Source: Azospirillum sp. TSO22-1
GTDB taxonomy: Bacteria; Pseudomonadota; Alphaproteobacteria; Azospirillales; Azospirillaceae
Length of the DNA: 24,000 bases
NCBI RefSeq assembly: GCF_003116015.1
Contig: NZ_LGQZ01000056.1
Coordinates: 34,003-58,002, forward strand
Direction: 5' to 3'
Position numbers and translations under genes: made by a program. This document shows, piece by piece, positions 14,656-22,632 of this stretch. The notes beneath the pieces are model-generated. The model made no database searches, was not told the DNA's origin, and was given only the letters and a program-made list of their open reading frames with translations. Numbering within the stretch: position 1 is the first letter of the stretch; every line of letters begins with the position of its first letter.

Positions 14656-14779
14656 CACGGATTGCACGGAATTCTTTATCGTGTCTCGGCAGTGGCTTGC
14701 GGGTAAGTGCAGTACGTCGCAAGAAAAAAGAAAATCCGTGCAATCCGTGCAATCCGTGCCTCAATCCGCGAAATCCGTG
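14656..14779. repeat. Intergenic repeat structure: two inverted and five direct copies of AATCCGTG, including a 15-bp perfect inverted repeat
   Basis: CACGGATTGCACGGA (14656-14670) is the exact reverse complement of TCCGTGCAATCCGTG, which occurs at 14735-14749 and again at 14744-14758. Direct copies start at 14733, 14742, 14751, 14763 (AATCCGCG) and 14772. An A-rich tract lies at 14721-14734. Confidence 0.85.
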
Positions 14780-14813
14780 TGACTGTTGCCTCTGTTGCGG
14801 ATCGTCGCAAACG

Positions 14814-15329
14814 TCAGGAATCGTAGCTCATCAGCACCTCGCACGGCACGTCGATGCGCTCGCGGCCATCGAGGAAGGTCAGCTCGACCAGGAACGCCGC
14901 GGCCTGGACGTCGGCGCCGACCTGGCGCAGCAGCTTGACCGCCGCGGCCATGGTGCCGCCGGTGGCCAGCAGGTCGTCCAGCACCACCGCGCGCTGGCCG
15001 GGCTTCACCGCGTCCGACTGGATCTCGATGGTGTCGGTGCCGTACTCCAGGTCGTAGGAGTGCGTGACCTTGTCGCCCGGCAGCTTGCCGCGCTTGCGCA
15101 CCATGACGAAGCCGCAGCCCAGCGCCAGCGCCAGCGGCGCCGCCACCAGGAAGCCGCGCGACTCGATGCCGACCAGGACGTCCGGCTTGTAGGGGCGGAC
15201 CGCTTCGGCCAGCCGCTTCACCGTCTCCTGCCACGCCGCGGCGTCGGCCAGCAGCGGCGAGATGTCGTAGAACAGGATGCCGGGCTTCGGGAAGTCGGGG
15301 ATGCCGCGGATGTGGTCCTTGAGGTCCAT
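14814..15329 (-). CDS. apt: Adenine phosphoribosyltransferase
   Basis: [21 protein letters not shown]..., [10 protein letters not shown] and the PRPP loop [12 protein letters not shown] are diagnostic. 171 aa. Confidence 0.95.
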   Translation of the reverse strand: MDLKDHIRGIPDFPKPGILFYDISPLLADAAAWQETVKRLAEAVRPYKPDVLVGIESRGFLVAAPLALALGCGFVMVRKRGKLPGDKVTHSYDLEYGTDTIEIQSDAVKPGQRAVVLDDLLATGGTMAAAVKLLRQVGADVQAAAFLVELTFLDGRERIDVPCEVLMSYDS

Positions 15330-15478
15330 GGGTCGTGTCCTGGAAAAGTGCGCGGCCGCATACTAGCCATGCCGTGCCTTTGGCGCAAATCGCCGTGCAA
15401 AACGTTGCATAGGTCTGGCGTGCCGGTGCGGTTGACCGGACGGGCGGCTTGCGGCCAAGCTCGCGGTGACGGGAAGAG

Positions 15479-16627
15479 GTGACGGGAATGACGGCCGGAC
15501 AGGCCTGGATGAAGACGGTGCCGGGTGGCGACGGAGCGCTGCTGCTGACCGTCGGCGGGCGGTGGGACCTGTACGGCGCGCAGGCGCTGATGAACGACCT
15601 CGACGCGCTGCGGCCGCCGGCGCCGCAGACGGCCGTGCGCCTCGACCTCGCCGCCATCGACGGGCTGGACACGGTGGGCGCGCTGCTGCTGGCGCGGCTG
15701 GCTGAGCGGCTGCGCGGCGAGGGATACGCGGTGGAGGTCACCGGCGTCCGGCCCGAGCACCGCGCGCTGGTCGACGCGGTGCGCGAGGCCGACCGCGTGC
15801 CGTCCGTCCCGCTGCCCGACGAGCACCCGATCATCGAGATGCTGGAGCGCACCGGCCGCGTCACGGTGCGGGGGCTGAAGCGCGGGCTGGAACTGGTCAA
15901 CTTCCTGGGCGTCGTCACCGTGACGCTGGCGCGCATCGCGGTGAACCCGCGGCGGCTGCGCTACCGCTCGGTGCTGTTCCACATCGAGCAGACGGGGCTG
16001 AACGCGCTGCCGATCCTCGGCCTGCTGACCTTCCTGATCGGCGTGGTGATGGCCTACCAGGGGGCGGACCAGCTGCGCCGCTTCGGGGCGGAGCTGCTGG
16101 TGGTCAACCTGCTGGGCATCTCCATCCTGCGCGAGCTGGGCACGCTGCTGACCGCGATCATCGTCGCCGGCCGCTCCGGCTCCGCCTTCACGGCGCAGAT
16201 CGGCACCATGAAGGTGAACCAGGAGGTGGACGCCATCTCCACGCTGGGGCTCGACCCCATCGAACTGCTGGTGGTGCCGCGGGTGCTGGCGCTGATGGTG
16301 GCGCTGCCGCTGCTGGCCTTCTTCGCCGACGTCATGGCGCTGCTGGGCGGCGCCACCATGAGCTACATGACGCTGGGCATCAGCTTCGCGCAGTTTATCA
16401 AGCAATTGCAGGGCGCGGTGGGCCTCAACACCTTCCTGGTCGGCGTCGCCAAGGCGCCGGTGTTCGCGCTGGTGATCGCCATGGTCGGCTGCTACGAGGG
16501 CCTGCGCGTCACCGGCAGCGCCGAGAGCGTCGGGCGCCTGACCACGCGGTCCGTGGTGGAGGGCATCTTCCTGGTCATCATCATGGACGCGCTGTTCTCC
16601 ATCTTCTTCTCGTTCATGGGGGTGTGA
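15479..16627 (+). CDS. MlaE-family ABC transporter permease with a fused N-terminal STAS (MlaB-like) domain
   Basis: The N-terminal ~100 aa are STAS-like (LDLAAIDGLDTVGALLLARL). The rest is an MlaE/YrbE permease (GADQLRRFGAELLVVNLLGISILRELGTLLTAIIVAGRSGSAFTAQIGTMKVNQEVDA). The start is GTG 15479 or ATG 15488; the latter has GGAAGAGG upstream. Confidence 0.9.
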   Translation: MTGMTAGQAWMKTVPGGDGALLLTVGGRWDLYGAQALMNDLDALRPPAPQTAVRLDLAAIDGLDTVGALLLARLAERLRGEGYAVEVTGVRPEHRALVDAVREADRVPSVPLPDEHPIIEMLERTGRVTVRGLKRGLELVNFLGVVTVTLARIAVNPRRLRYRSVLFHIEQTGLNALPILGLLTFLIGVVMAYQGADQLRRFGAELLVVNLLGISILRELGTLLTAIIVAGRSGSAFTAQIGTMKVNQEVDAISTLGLDPIELLVVPRVLALMVALPLLAFFADVMALLGGATMSYMTLGISFAQFIKQLQGAVGLNTFLVGVAKAPVFALVIAMVGCYEGLRVTGSAESVGRLTTRSVVEGIFLVIIMDALFSIFFSFMGV

Positions 16628-16630
16628 AGG

Positions 16631-17398
16631 ATGGCGCGCGACCCCGTCATCCGCGTGCGCGGCCTGGTCACCCGCTTCGGGGCGCAGACCATCCACGACG
16701 GCCTCGACCTCGACGTCGAGCGCGGCGAGGTGCTGGGCGTGGTCGGCGGGTCCGGCACCGGCAAGTCGGTGCTGATGAAGGAGATCCTCGGCCTGATCCG
16801 CCCCGCCGCCGGAGCCATCGAGATGCTGGGCCGCGACACCGGATCCCTCGACGACCGCGAGCGCACCGAACTGCAGGCGCGCACCGGCGTGCTGTTCCAG
16901 GACGGGGCGCTGTTCAGCTCGCTGACCGTGGCGGAGAACGTCATGGTGCCGCTGAAGGAGCACACGACTCTGCCTAAGCGCCTGATCAAGGAGATCGCGC
17001 GCGTCAAGATCGCCATGTCGGGCCTGCCGCCCAACGCCGGGCCGAAGTATCCCTCCGAACTGTCGGGCGGCATGAGGAAGCGCGCCGGGCTGGCGCGTGC
17101 GCTGGCGCTCGACCCGGAGATCCTGTTCCTCGACGAGCCGACCGCCGGCCTCGACCCGATCGGCGCCGCGGCGTTCGACGAGCTGATCCAGAACCTGCAA
17201 CGGAGCCTGGGATTGACCGTCTTCATGGTGACGCACGACCTCGACAGCCTGACCTCGATCTGCGACCGCATCGCCGTGCTGATCGACAAGCGGATCAAGG
17301 TCGCCACGCTGGAGGAGCACCTGAAGGACGACCATCCCTGGATCCGCGAGTATTTCCACGGGCCGCGCGGCCGCGCCGCCCGCCGGGTGGAGGCCTGA
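16631..17398 (+). CDS. MlaF-family ABC transporter ATP-binding protein
   Basis: Walker A GGSGTGKS, ABC signature LSGGMRKR and Walker B ILFLDEP. Confidence 0.9.
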   Translation: MARDPVIRVRGLVTRFGAQTIHDGLDLDVERGEVLGVVGGSGTGKSVLMKEILGLIRPAAGAIEMLGRDTGSLDDRERTELQARTGVLFQDGALFSSLTVAENVMVPLKEHTTLPKRLIKEIARVKIAMSGLPPNAGPKYPSELSGGMRKRAGLARALALDPEILFLDEPTAGLDPIGAAAFDELIQNLQRSLGLTVFMVTHDLDSLTSICDRIAVLIDKRIKVATLEEHLKDDHPWIREYFHGPRGRAARRVEA

Positions 17399-17402
17399 AC
17401 CC

Positions 17403-18356
17403 ATGGAAACCCGCGCCAGCTACATCCTGGTCGGCAGCTTCGTGCTGGCCCTGATCGCCGGGCTGTTCGGCTTCGCCGTGTGGGTCGCCAAGATCCAGCT
17501 GGAGGAGTCGCGCCAGCCCTACCGCATCTACTTCACCGGCTCGGTCACCGGTTTGCAGACCGGCAGCCCGGTGCGCTACCAGGGCATCCCCATCGGCACC
17601 GTCACCGACCTGCGCCTGGATCCGGAGAACGTGTCGCGCGTGCGCGTCACCATCGAGGTGAACGCCGACACGCCGATCAAGACCGACTCCATCGCGTCGC
17701 TGGAGGTGCAGGGCGTCACCGGCGGCGCCTACGTGCAGATCGCCGGCGGCACGCCCGAGAGCAAGCTGCTGCGCGAGACCGAGCACAAGGGCGTCCCGGT
17801 CATCCCGTCCCGCCCGTCGACGCTGGCGACGGTGGTGGACGCGGCGCCGCAGATCCTCGCCCGCGTGCTCGACCTGACCGACCGCCTGTCCGCCGGGCTG
17901 ATGAGCCCGGAGAACCTGCAGGCGCTGACCCAGACGCTGGACAACGCCCGCCGGGTCAGCGGCGACGTCGCGGCGGCCACCCAGGGCCTCGACGGCACGG
18001 TGCGCGAGCTGACCGGCCTGCTGGCCGAGTTGAACCGCACCGCGCAGACGGTCGGCCCGCACCTCGACCAGACGGTGGTGCAGGCCGGCAGGAGCATGCA
18101 GACCGTGACGGCCGACCTGCACGAGCTGACCGGCTCGCTGAAGCAGGCGTCGGCGCAGCTGAACGCCATGGTCACCGAGAACCGGCAGCCGGTGCGCGAC
18201 TTTGCTCAGACGGGGCTGTATGAGATAACGCTGCTCGTCACCCAGTTGCGCGACCTGTCGGCGCAGATCGGCCGCGTGGTGGGGCGCATCGAGAACGATC
18301 CGTCGAACTTCCTGTTCGGCGGCACCCGCAACGGCGTGGAGATCCGCGGACGATGA
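17403..18356 (+). CDS. MlaD/MCE-family substrate-binding protein
   Basis: N-terminal TM helix followed by an MCE domain (YRIYFTGSVTGLQTGSPVRYQGIPIGTVTDLRL) and a long helical C-terminus. Confidence 0.9.
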   Translation: METRASYILVGSFVLALIAGLFGFAVWVAKIQLEESRQPYRIYFTGSVTGLQTGSPVRYQGIPIGTVTDLRLDPENVSRVRVTIEVNADTPIKTDSIASLEVQGVTGGAYVQIAGGTPESKLLRETEHKGVPVIPSRPSTLATVVDAAPQILARVLDLTDRLSAGLMSPENLQALTQTLDNARRVSGDVAAATQGLDGTVRELTGLLAELNRTAQTVGPHLDQTVVQAGRSMQTVTADLHELTGSLKQASAQLNAMVTENRQPVRDFAQTGLYEITLLVTQLRDLSAQIGRVVGRIENDPSNFLFGGTRNGVEIRGR

Positions 18357-19015
18357 TGGTTGCGCGTTTTGGCCTGCTGGCGGCGCTGGTGCTCGCCCTG
18401 GGCGCCTGCGCCGGGGCGCTCACCTCGCCCCCGGCCAAGCTCTACACGCTGAACCCGGCCACGCAGGCCGATCCGTCGCTGCCGCGGGCGGACTTCCAGC
18501 TGCTGGTGGAGGCGCCGGTGGCCGGTGCCGCTCTGGATACCCAGCGCATCGCCGTGGAGAAGACCGCGACCTCCATCGACTACCTGGCCGAGTCGGCGTG
18601 GACCGACCGTGCGCCGGCGATGATCCAGGGGCTGATCGTCCAGTCCTTCGAGGACAGCCGCAAGATCGTCTCGGTCGGGCGCGACAGCGTCGGCCTGCGC
18701 TCCGACTTCGTGCTGCGCAGCGAGTTGCGCGACTTCGAGGCGAAGTACTCGGCGCCGGGCGCCGCGAACCCCGACCGCGTGCACGTCCGAATCGCCGCCA
18801 AGCTGGTCGGCATGCCGCGCCGCACCATCGAGGCGGGCGAGACCTTCGAGGCCATCGTGCCGGTCAGGGACGGTGGCGTGCAGGGCGTGGTCACCGCCTT
18901 CGACGCGGCGCTGCGGCAGGTGATGGAGCGGATGGTGGCGTGGACCCTGCGCACCGGCACGGCGATCGCCGGCGGTGGCGGGACGGCGACCGGCGGGGCG
19001 TCGCGCACCCGGTGA
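18353..19015 (+). CDS. ABC-type transport auxiliary lipoprotein (DUF330/YmbA-like)
   Basis: The ATGA overlaps the MCE gene stop. Lipobox LALGAC. The size and position after an MCE gene are typical. Confidence 0.8.
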   Translation: MMVARFGLLAALVLALGACAGALTSPPAKLYTLNPATQADPSLPRADFQLLVEAPVAGAALDTQRIAVEKTATSIDYLAESAWTDRAPAMIQGLIVQSFEDSRKIVSVGRDSVGLRSDFVLRSELRDFEAKYSAPGAANPDRVHVRIAAKLVGMPRRTIEAGETFEAIVPVRDGGVQGVVTAFDAALRQVMERMVAWTLRTGTAIAGGGGTATGGASRTR

Positions 19016-19105
19016 CGGGGCATATGCTCCCTGCGTAAAGACCTTGCCCCCGGGGGTGTTTTCCCTACGTATTGAGGGGTCCGGAACCAGTCGGGTGCCT
19101 GCCCC

Positions 19106-19843
19106 ATGATCGACGTGAACGGCCTGCCGCGCGACGTGCTCGAGGCGATGGGCGAGGCCGCGCGCGAGGTGCGCACCTGCCAGCGCGTGCTGGCCAAGAC
19201 TGGCGACACCGTGGTGGGCGAATTGCTGCGCGGGCAGGGCTCGGTGTACGAGTGGAAGCACTACCCGCAGGGCGACGTCTACGACGCCGAGTACCACGCC
19301 CAGTACTACTACCACTGCCACCCCGAATCCGAGCGGCCGCACGGCGAGCACGGGCACTTCCACACCTTCCTGCGCCCGCTCGGCATGCCCGGCGGCATCC
19401 GCCCGGCGCCGGTGGAGGATCATGTGCCGCCGTCCGGCGACAACGACGCGCTGTCGCACCTCATCGGCATCGCCATGGACCAGAGCGGGCGCGCGGTGCG
19501 GCTGTTCACCACCAACCGCTGGGTGACCGGCGAGACGTGGTACGCGGCGCCCGACGTGGTGCGCATGCTGGACGGATTCGTCATAGACCACGCCCGGCCG
19601 TCCTGGCCGGCGAACCGCTGGATCACCGCGCTGCTGCGCATGTTCCGCCCGCAGATCGAGGAACTGCTGCACCAGAGGGACGCGGCGATACGCCGCTGGG
19701 CCGAGACGCACCCGCAGGGGACCGTCTATGAAGACCGCGCCTTGGAAGTCACCTCGCAGACCGCCATTTCCGTGGAGGAGCAACTCGCCGCCATCGACGG
19801 CGCGTTGCGGGCGGTGAGGCGGCGCGCCGCAACCGCCTGTTAA
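19106..19843 (+). CDS. Conserved hypothetical protein with a His-rich cupin-like motif
   Basis: High GC3. YEWKHYPQGDVYDAEYHAQYYYHCHPESERPHGEHGHFHTF resembles a cupin HxH...E...H metal site. I cannot name the family with confidence. Confidence 0.7.
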   Translation: MIDVNGLPRDVLEAMGEAAREVRTCQRVLAKTGDTVVGELLRGQGSVYEWKHYPQGDVYDAEYHAQYYYHCHPESERPHGEHGHFHTFLRPLGMPGGIRPAPVEDHVPPSGDNDALSHLIGIAMDQSGRAVRLFTTNRWVTGETWYAAPDVVRMLDGFVIDHARPSWPANRWITALLRMFRPQIEELLHQRDAAIRRWAETHPQGTVYEDRALEVTSQTAISVEEQLAAIDGALRAVRRRAATAC

Positions 19844-19936
19844 CAAAGGTTCAATGCTTCCGCACCATGCTGCGGGAGAATTGACCGGCCGTCCCGCGGC
19901 CGGCGGGGAGGCAGTGGCAGGAAGGGTCCGCGACCC

Positions 19937-21046
19937 ATGACGGAACATTTGTCGAAGGACGACGTCGTCCGCCTGCTGTCGGATCCGTCCCCCAACACGC
20001 GGGCCGATCTGGCGGCGAAGGTGGCGCGCCAGTTCGAGGCGGCCGAGCTGTCGGACAGCGAGCGCACCTTGGCGGAGGAGATCATCCGCGCCATGGCGCG
20101 CGACGCCGTGGTGCGCGTCCGCCAGTCGCTGGCCGAGAACCTGAAGGCGAGCGCCAGCCTGCCGCGCGACGTGGCGCTGACGCTGGCCAAGGACGTCGAG
20201 GACGTCGCCATCCCGATTCTCAGCGTCAGCCACGTGCTGACCGACGCCGACCTGCTGGAGATCGTCCGCTCCGGCACCGACGCCAAACACACGGCCATCG
20301 CCGCGCGCTCCACCGTGTCGCCGCGCGTCGCCGACGCGCTGGTCGAGACCGGCTCGGAGCAGGCGGTCGCCACGCTGGTCGCCAACGAGGGCGCACAGCT
20401 GGAGGAGGGCGCGCTGGGCCGCGTCATCGACCGCTTCGGCGCGTCGGAGGCGGTGCAGGGGCCGCTGGTGCAGCGCGCCAGACTGCCGATCACCATCGCC
20501 GAGCGGCTGGTCGCCGTGGTGTCGGAGAAGTACCAGCAATACCTCGTCACCCATCACGAGCTGTCGCCGAAGACCGCCGCGGACCTGATCCTGCAGAGCC
20601 GCGAGCGCGCCACCGTGACGCTGCTGAACGGCGAGAGCGACGAGGCGGCGCTTGAGCGGCTGGTGGTGCAGCTCTCCCGCTCCGGCCGGCTGACGCCGCC
20701 CTTGCTGGTGCGGGCGCTGTGCATGGGCGACGTCGGCTTCTTCGAGGCGGCGGTGGCGCATCTGGCCGGCGTGCCGCTGACCAACGCGCGCCTGCTGATC
20801 CACGATGTCGGCCGGCTGGGCCTGAAGTCGATCTATGACCGCGCCAAGATGCCGCCGGCCCTGCTGCCGGCCTGCCGCATCGCGCTCGACGTGCTCAAGG
20901 AGACGCCCTATGACGGCGAGGAGCACGACCGCGAACGCCACCGCCGCCGCATGATCGAACGCATCCTCACCCAGTACGAAGACTTGGCGGCCGACGACCT
21001 CGACTACCTGCTCGACAAGCTCGGCGACCTGATGCAGGCCGGCTGA
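19937..21046 (+). CDS. DUF2336 domain protein (HEAT/ARM-like helical repeats)
   Basis: Repeated helical units (LSDPSPNTRADLAAKVA..., VRVRQSLAENLKASASLPRDVALTLAKD...) match my memory of alphaproteobacterial DUF2336. Confidence 0.8.
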   Translation: MTEHLSKDDVVRLLSDPSPNTRADLAAKVARQFEAAELSDSERTLAEEIIRAMARDAVVRVRQSLAENLKASASLPRDVALTLAKDVEDVAIPILSVSHVLTDADLLEIVRSGTDAKHTAIAARSTVSPRVADALVETGSEQAVATLVANEGAQLEEGALGRVIDRFGASEAVQGPLVQRARLPITIAERLVAVVSEKYQQYLVTHHELSPKTAADLILQSRERATVTLLNGESDEAALERLVVQLSRSGRLTPPLLVRALCMGDVGFFEAAVAHLAGVPLTNARLLIHDVGRLGLKSIYDRAKMPPALLPACRIALDVLKETPYDGEEHDRERHRRRMIERILTQYEDLAADDLDYLLDKLGDLMQAG

Positions 21047-21160
21047 GGGAGCGTTCGGGGGCGCGCGGCTGTCGTGCGGGCGGCGGGGGTTGTTTCCCCG
21101 CTGGCTGCCCCCTAATAGGGGGCGCCACACCCGCCCGCCACCGCCGAGGACGACTCCCCC

Positions 21161-21802
21161 GTGTTCGAAGACCTGCTTCCGGAACTGATCGCGCTCGGTC
21201 AGGTGATCTTCATCGACCTCGTGCTGGCCGGCGACAACGCCATCGTCGTCGGCATGGCGGCGGCCGGGGTGGCGCGCGAGCAGCGGGCCAGGGTGATCTT
21301 CTGGGGCATCGCCGCCGCGGTGGTGCTGCGCATCATCTTCGCGCTGCTGACCACGCAGCTTCTGGCCATCATCGGCCTGACCTTCGCCGGCGGCGTGCTG
21401 CTGCTGTGGGTGTGCTGGAAGCTGTTCCGCGAGCTGCGCGAATCGCACGGCGAGGCGGAGGGTGCCGAGCTGGTCTGCGGCGAGGACGGCGTCGAGACCG
21501 CGACGCCCGCCGGGACCAAGCCGATCGGGACGGCGATCTGGCAGGTGATCGTCGCCGACGTGTCGATGTCGCTGGACAACGTGCTGGCGGTGGCGGGCGC
21601 CGCGCGCGAGCACCTGTGGGTGCTGGCGGTGGGCCTGGTGCTGTCGGTCGGCCTGATGGGGGCCGCGGCCAGCCTGATCGCGCGGCTGCTGGCGCGCTGG
21701 CACTGGATCGCCTACGTCGGCCTGGTGGTGATCCTGTACGTCGCGCTGAGGATGATCTGGGAGGGCGGCTTCGAAATCATGGCGGCGACCGGACAGGCGT
21801 AG
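21161..21802 (+). CDS. TerC-family integral membrane protein (YjbE subgroup)
   Basis: GTG start. Duplicated DN motifs (FIDLVLAGDNAIVVG and DVSMSLDNVLAVAG) are typical of the TerC/YjbE family. Confidence 0.85.
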   Translation: MFEDLLPELIALGQVIFIDLVLAGDNAIVVGMAAAGVAREQRARVIFWGIAAAVVLRIIFALLTTQLLAIIGLTFAGGVLLLWVCWKLFRELRESHGEAEGAELVCGEDGVETATPAGTKPIGTAIWQVIVADVSMSLDNVLAVAGAAREHLWVLAVGLVLSVGLMGAAASLIARLLARWHWIAYVGLVVILYVALRMIWEGGFEIMAATGQA

Positions 21803-21818
21803 GGGGGGCGGCGCCAGC

Positions 21819-21844
21819 GGAACCTTTGCGCGGCGGGGTGTGTT
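21819..21844 (+). promoter_or_regulatory. Candidate EcfG-type (general stress response ECF sigma) promoter
   Basis: GGAAC (21819-21823), 17 nt, TGTT (21841-21844), compared with the consensus GGAAC-N16-17-CGTT. It sits 33 nt upstream of ATG 21877, and RBS GAGGGAG lies between them. Confidence 0.45.
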
Positions 21845-21876
21845 GCTCCCCGCAGCGTCAGAGGGAGCCGCACGTC

Positions 21877-22629
21877 ATGAGCCACGCCGTCGACCATCCA
21901 GCCAATGCCATGTCCGGCCGCAGCATGGCGGACATCGAGAGCGACATCCGCGGCATCCGCGCCCGGATGGACTCGACCCTGAACGAGATCGAGTTCCGCC
22001 TGTCGCCGGGGCAGCTCACCGGGCACGTCGGCGACGTGGCGCGCGACGTGATCGAGGGGCGGCCGACCCGCGTCGCCACGGCCATCCGCAACAACCCGAT
22101 CCCGGTGGCGCTGATCGGCATCGGTGCCCTGTGGCTGGCCTGGGCGGTGTCGCGCACCGACCCGCTGGAGGGGGCGACGGCGCCGCACGGCCAGATCTCC
22201 GACCAGCGCATCCGCATCCTGCTGGCCGGGCTGGTCGCCGCCTGCCGCCAGGGCGCCGAGGGTTTCCGCGAGGCCGACATGCTGCTGGTGGACGCCCAGC
22301 TGTCGTCGCGTCTGGCCGAGGTGTCGAACCAGTTTGAGCGCACCTCCGCCTCGCTGGACCACGAGTTCCGCATCCACGGCGGCGTGCCGGAGCCGGGCGA
22401 GCCGGTGCACCCCGCGTGGCTCGACCTGCACGACGAGCTGACCGGCGCCCGCTCGCGCGCGGAGATCCTGTCGGCGCTGCAGGGCGGGCTGGAGAACACC
22501 CTCGACCTGTTCCGCGACGCCCTGCAGGAGGCGTTGCCGGACGAGCTGCGGGTGGTGGTCGGCGCGCACTTCCACGACCTGGAGCGCGTGCAGCACCGCA
22601 TCGGCGCGCTGCGCGAGGCGGTGAGCTGA
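21877..22629 (+). CDS. Fusion protein: N-terminal DUF3618, one TM helix, and a C-terminal PA2169-family (DUF2383) four-helix bundle
   Basis: RBS GAGGGAG lies 9 nt upstream. MADIESDIRGIRARMDSTLNEIEFRLSPGQL is DUF3618-like. IPVALIGIGALWLAWAV is the TM helix. LVAACRQGAEGFREA...WLDLHDELTG...LENTLDLFRDALQE...HDLERVQHRIGALRE is PA2169-like. The part of the track ORF upstream of 21877 overlaps terC and is spurious. Confidence 0.8.
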   Translation: MSHAVDHPANAMSGRSMADIESDIRGIRARMDSTLNEIEFRLSPGQLTGHVGDVARDVIEGRPTRVATAIRNNPIPVALIGIGALWLAWAVSRTDPLEGATAPHGQISDQRIRILLAGLVAACRQGAEGFREADMLLVDAQLSSRLAEVSNQFERTSASLDHEFRIHGGVPEPGEPVHPAWLDLHDELTGARSRAEILSALQGGLENTLDLFRDALQEALPDELRVVVGAHFHDLERVQHRIGALREAVS

Positions 22630-22632
22630 GCC

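Noticed and set aside
14733-14779. Possible CRISPR array or DnaA-box cluster
   Set aside because: The repeats are only 8-9 nt long and directly abut with no spacers, and there are no cas genes. The similarity to the DnaA box TTATCCACA is limited to ATCC.
14697-15482. 261-aa plus-strand ORF beginning with ...NPCNPCNPCLNPRNPC...
   Set aside because: The Cys/Pro/Asn repeat is simply the translation of the AATCCGTGC tandem repeat. The rest is antisense to apt.
15218-17404. 728-aa minus-strand ORF. The same reasoning applies to 21712..23544, 1469..2536, 4200..5396 and 17295..18122.
   Set aside because: All are antisense to well-supported plus-strand genes, with low-complexity Arg/Gly/His/Asp-rich translations.
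19046-19066. CCCCCGGGGG followed by TGTTTT as a terminator of the mla-like operon
   Set aside because: The palindrome has no loop, so only about 3 bp of stem could form, and the T-tract is short and interrupted. It is too weak to call.
21047-21160. yybP-ykoY (Mn2+) riboswitch call upstream of terC
   Set aside because: The context is right, but I cannot find the conserved loop sequences I remember for that family. I have kept it only as an unassigned structured leader in the findings.
18206-21703. 1165-aa ORF on the minus strand
   Set aside because: It spans the antisense of five independent plus-strand genes and their intergenic regions. It has no recognisable domains, so it is a high-GC artefact.
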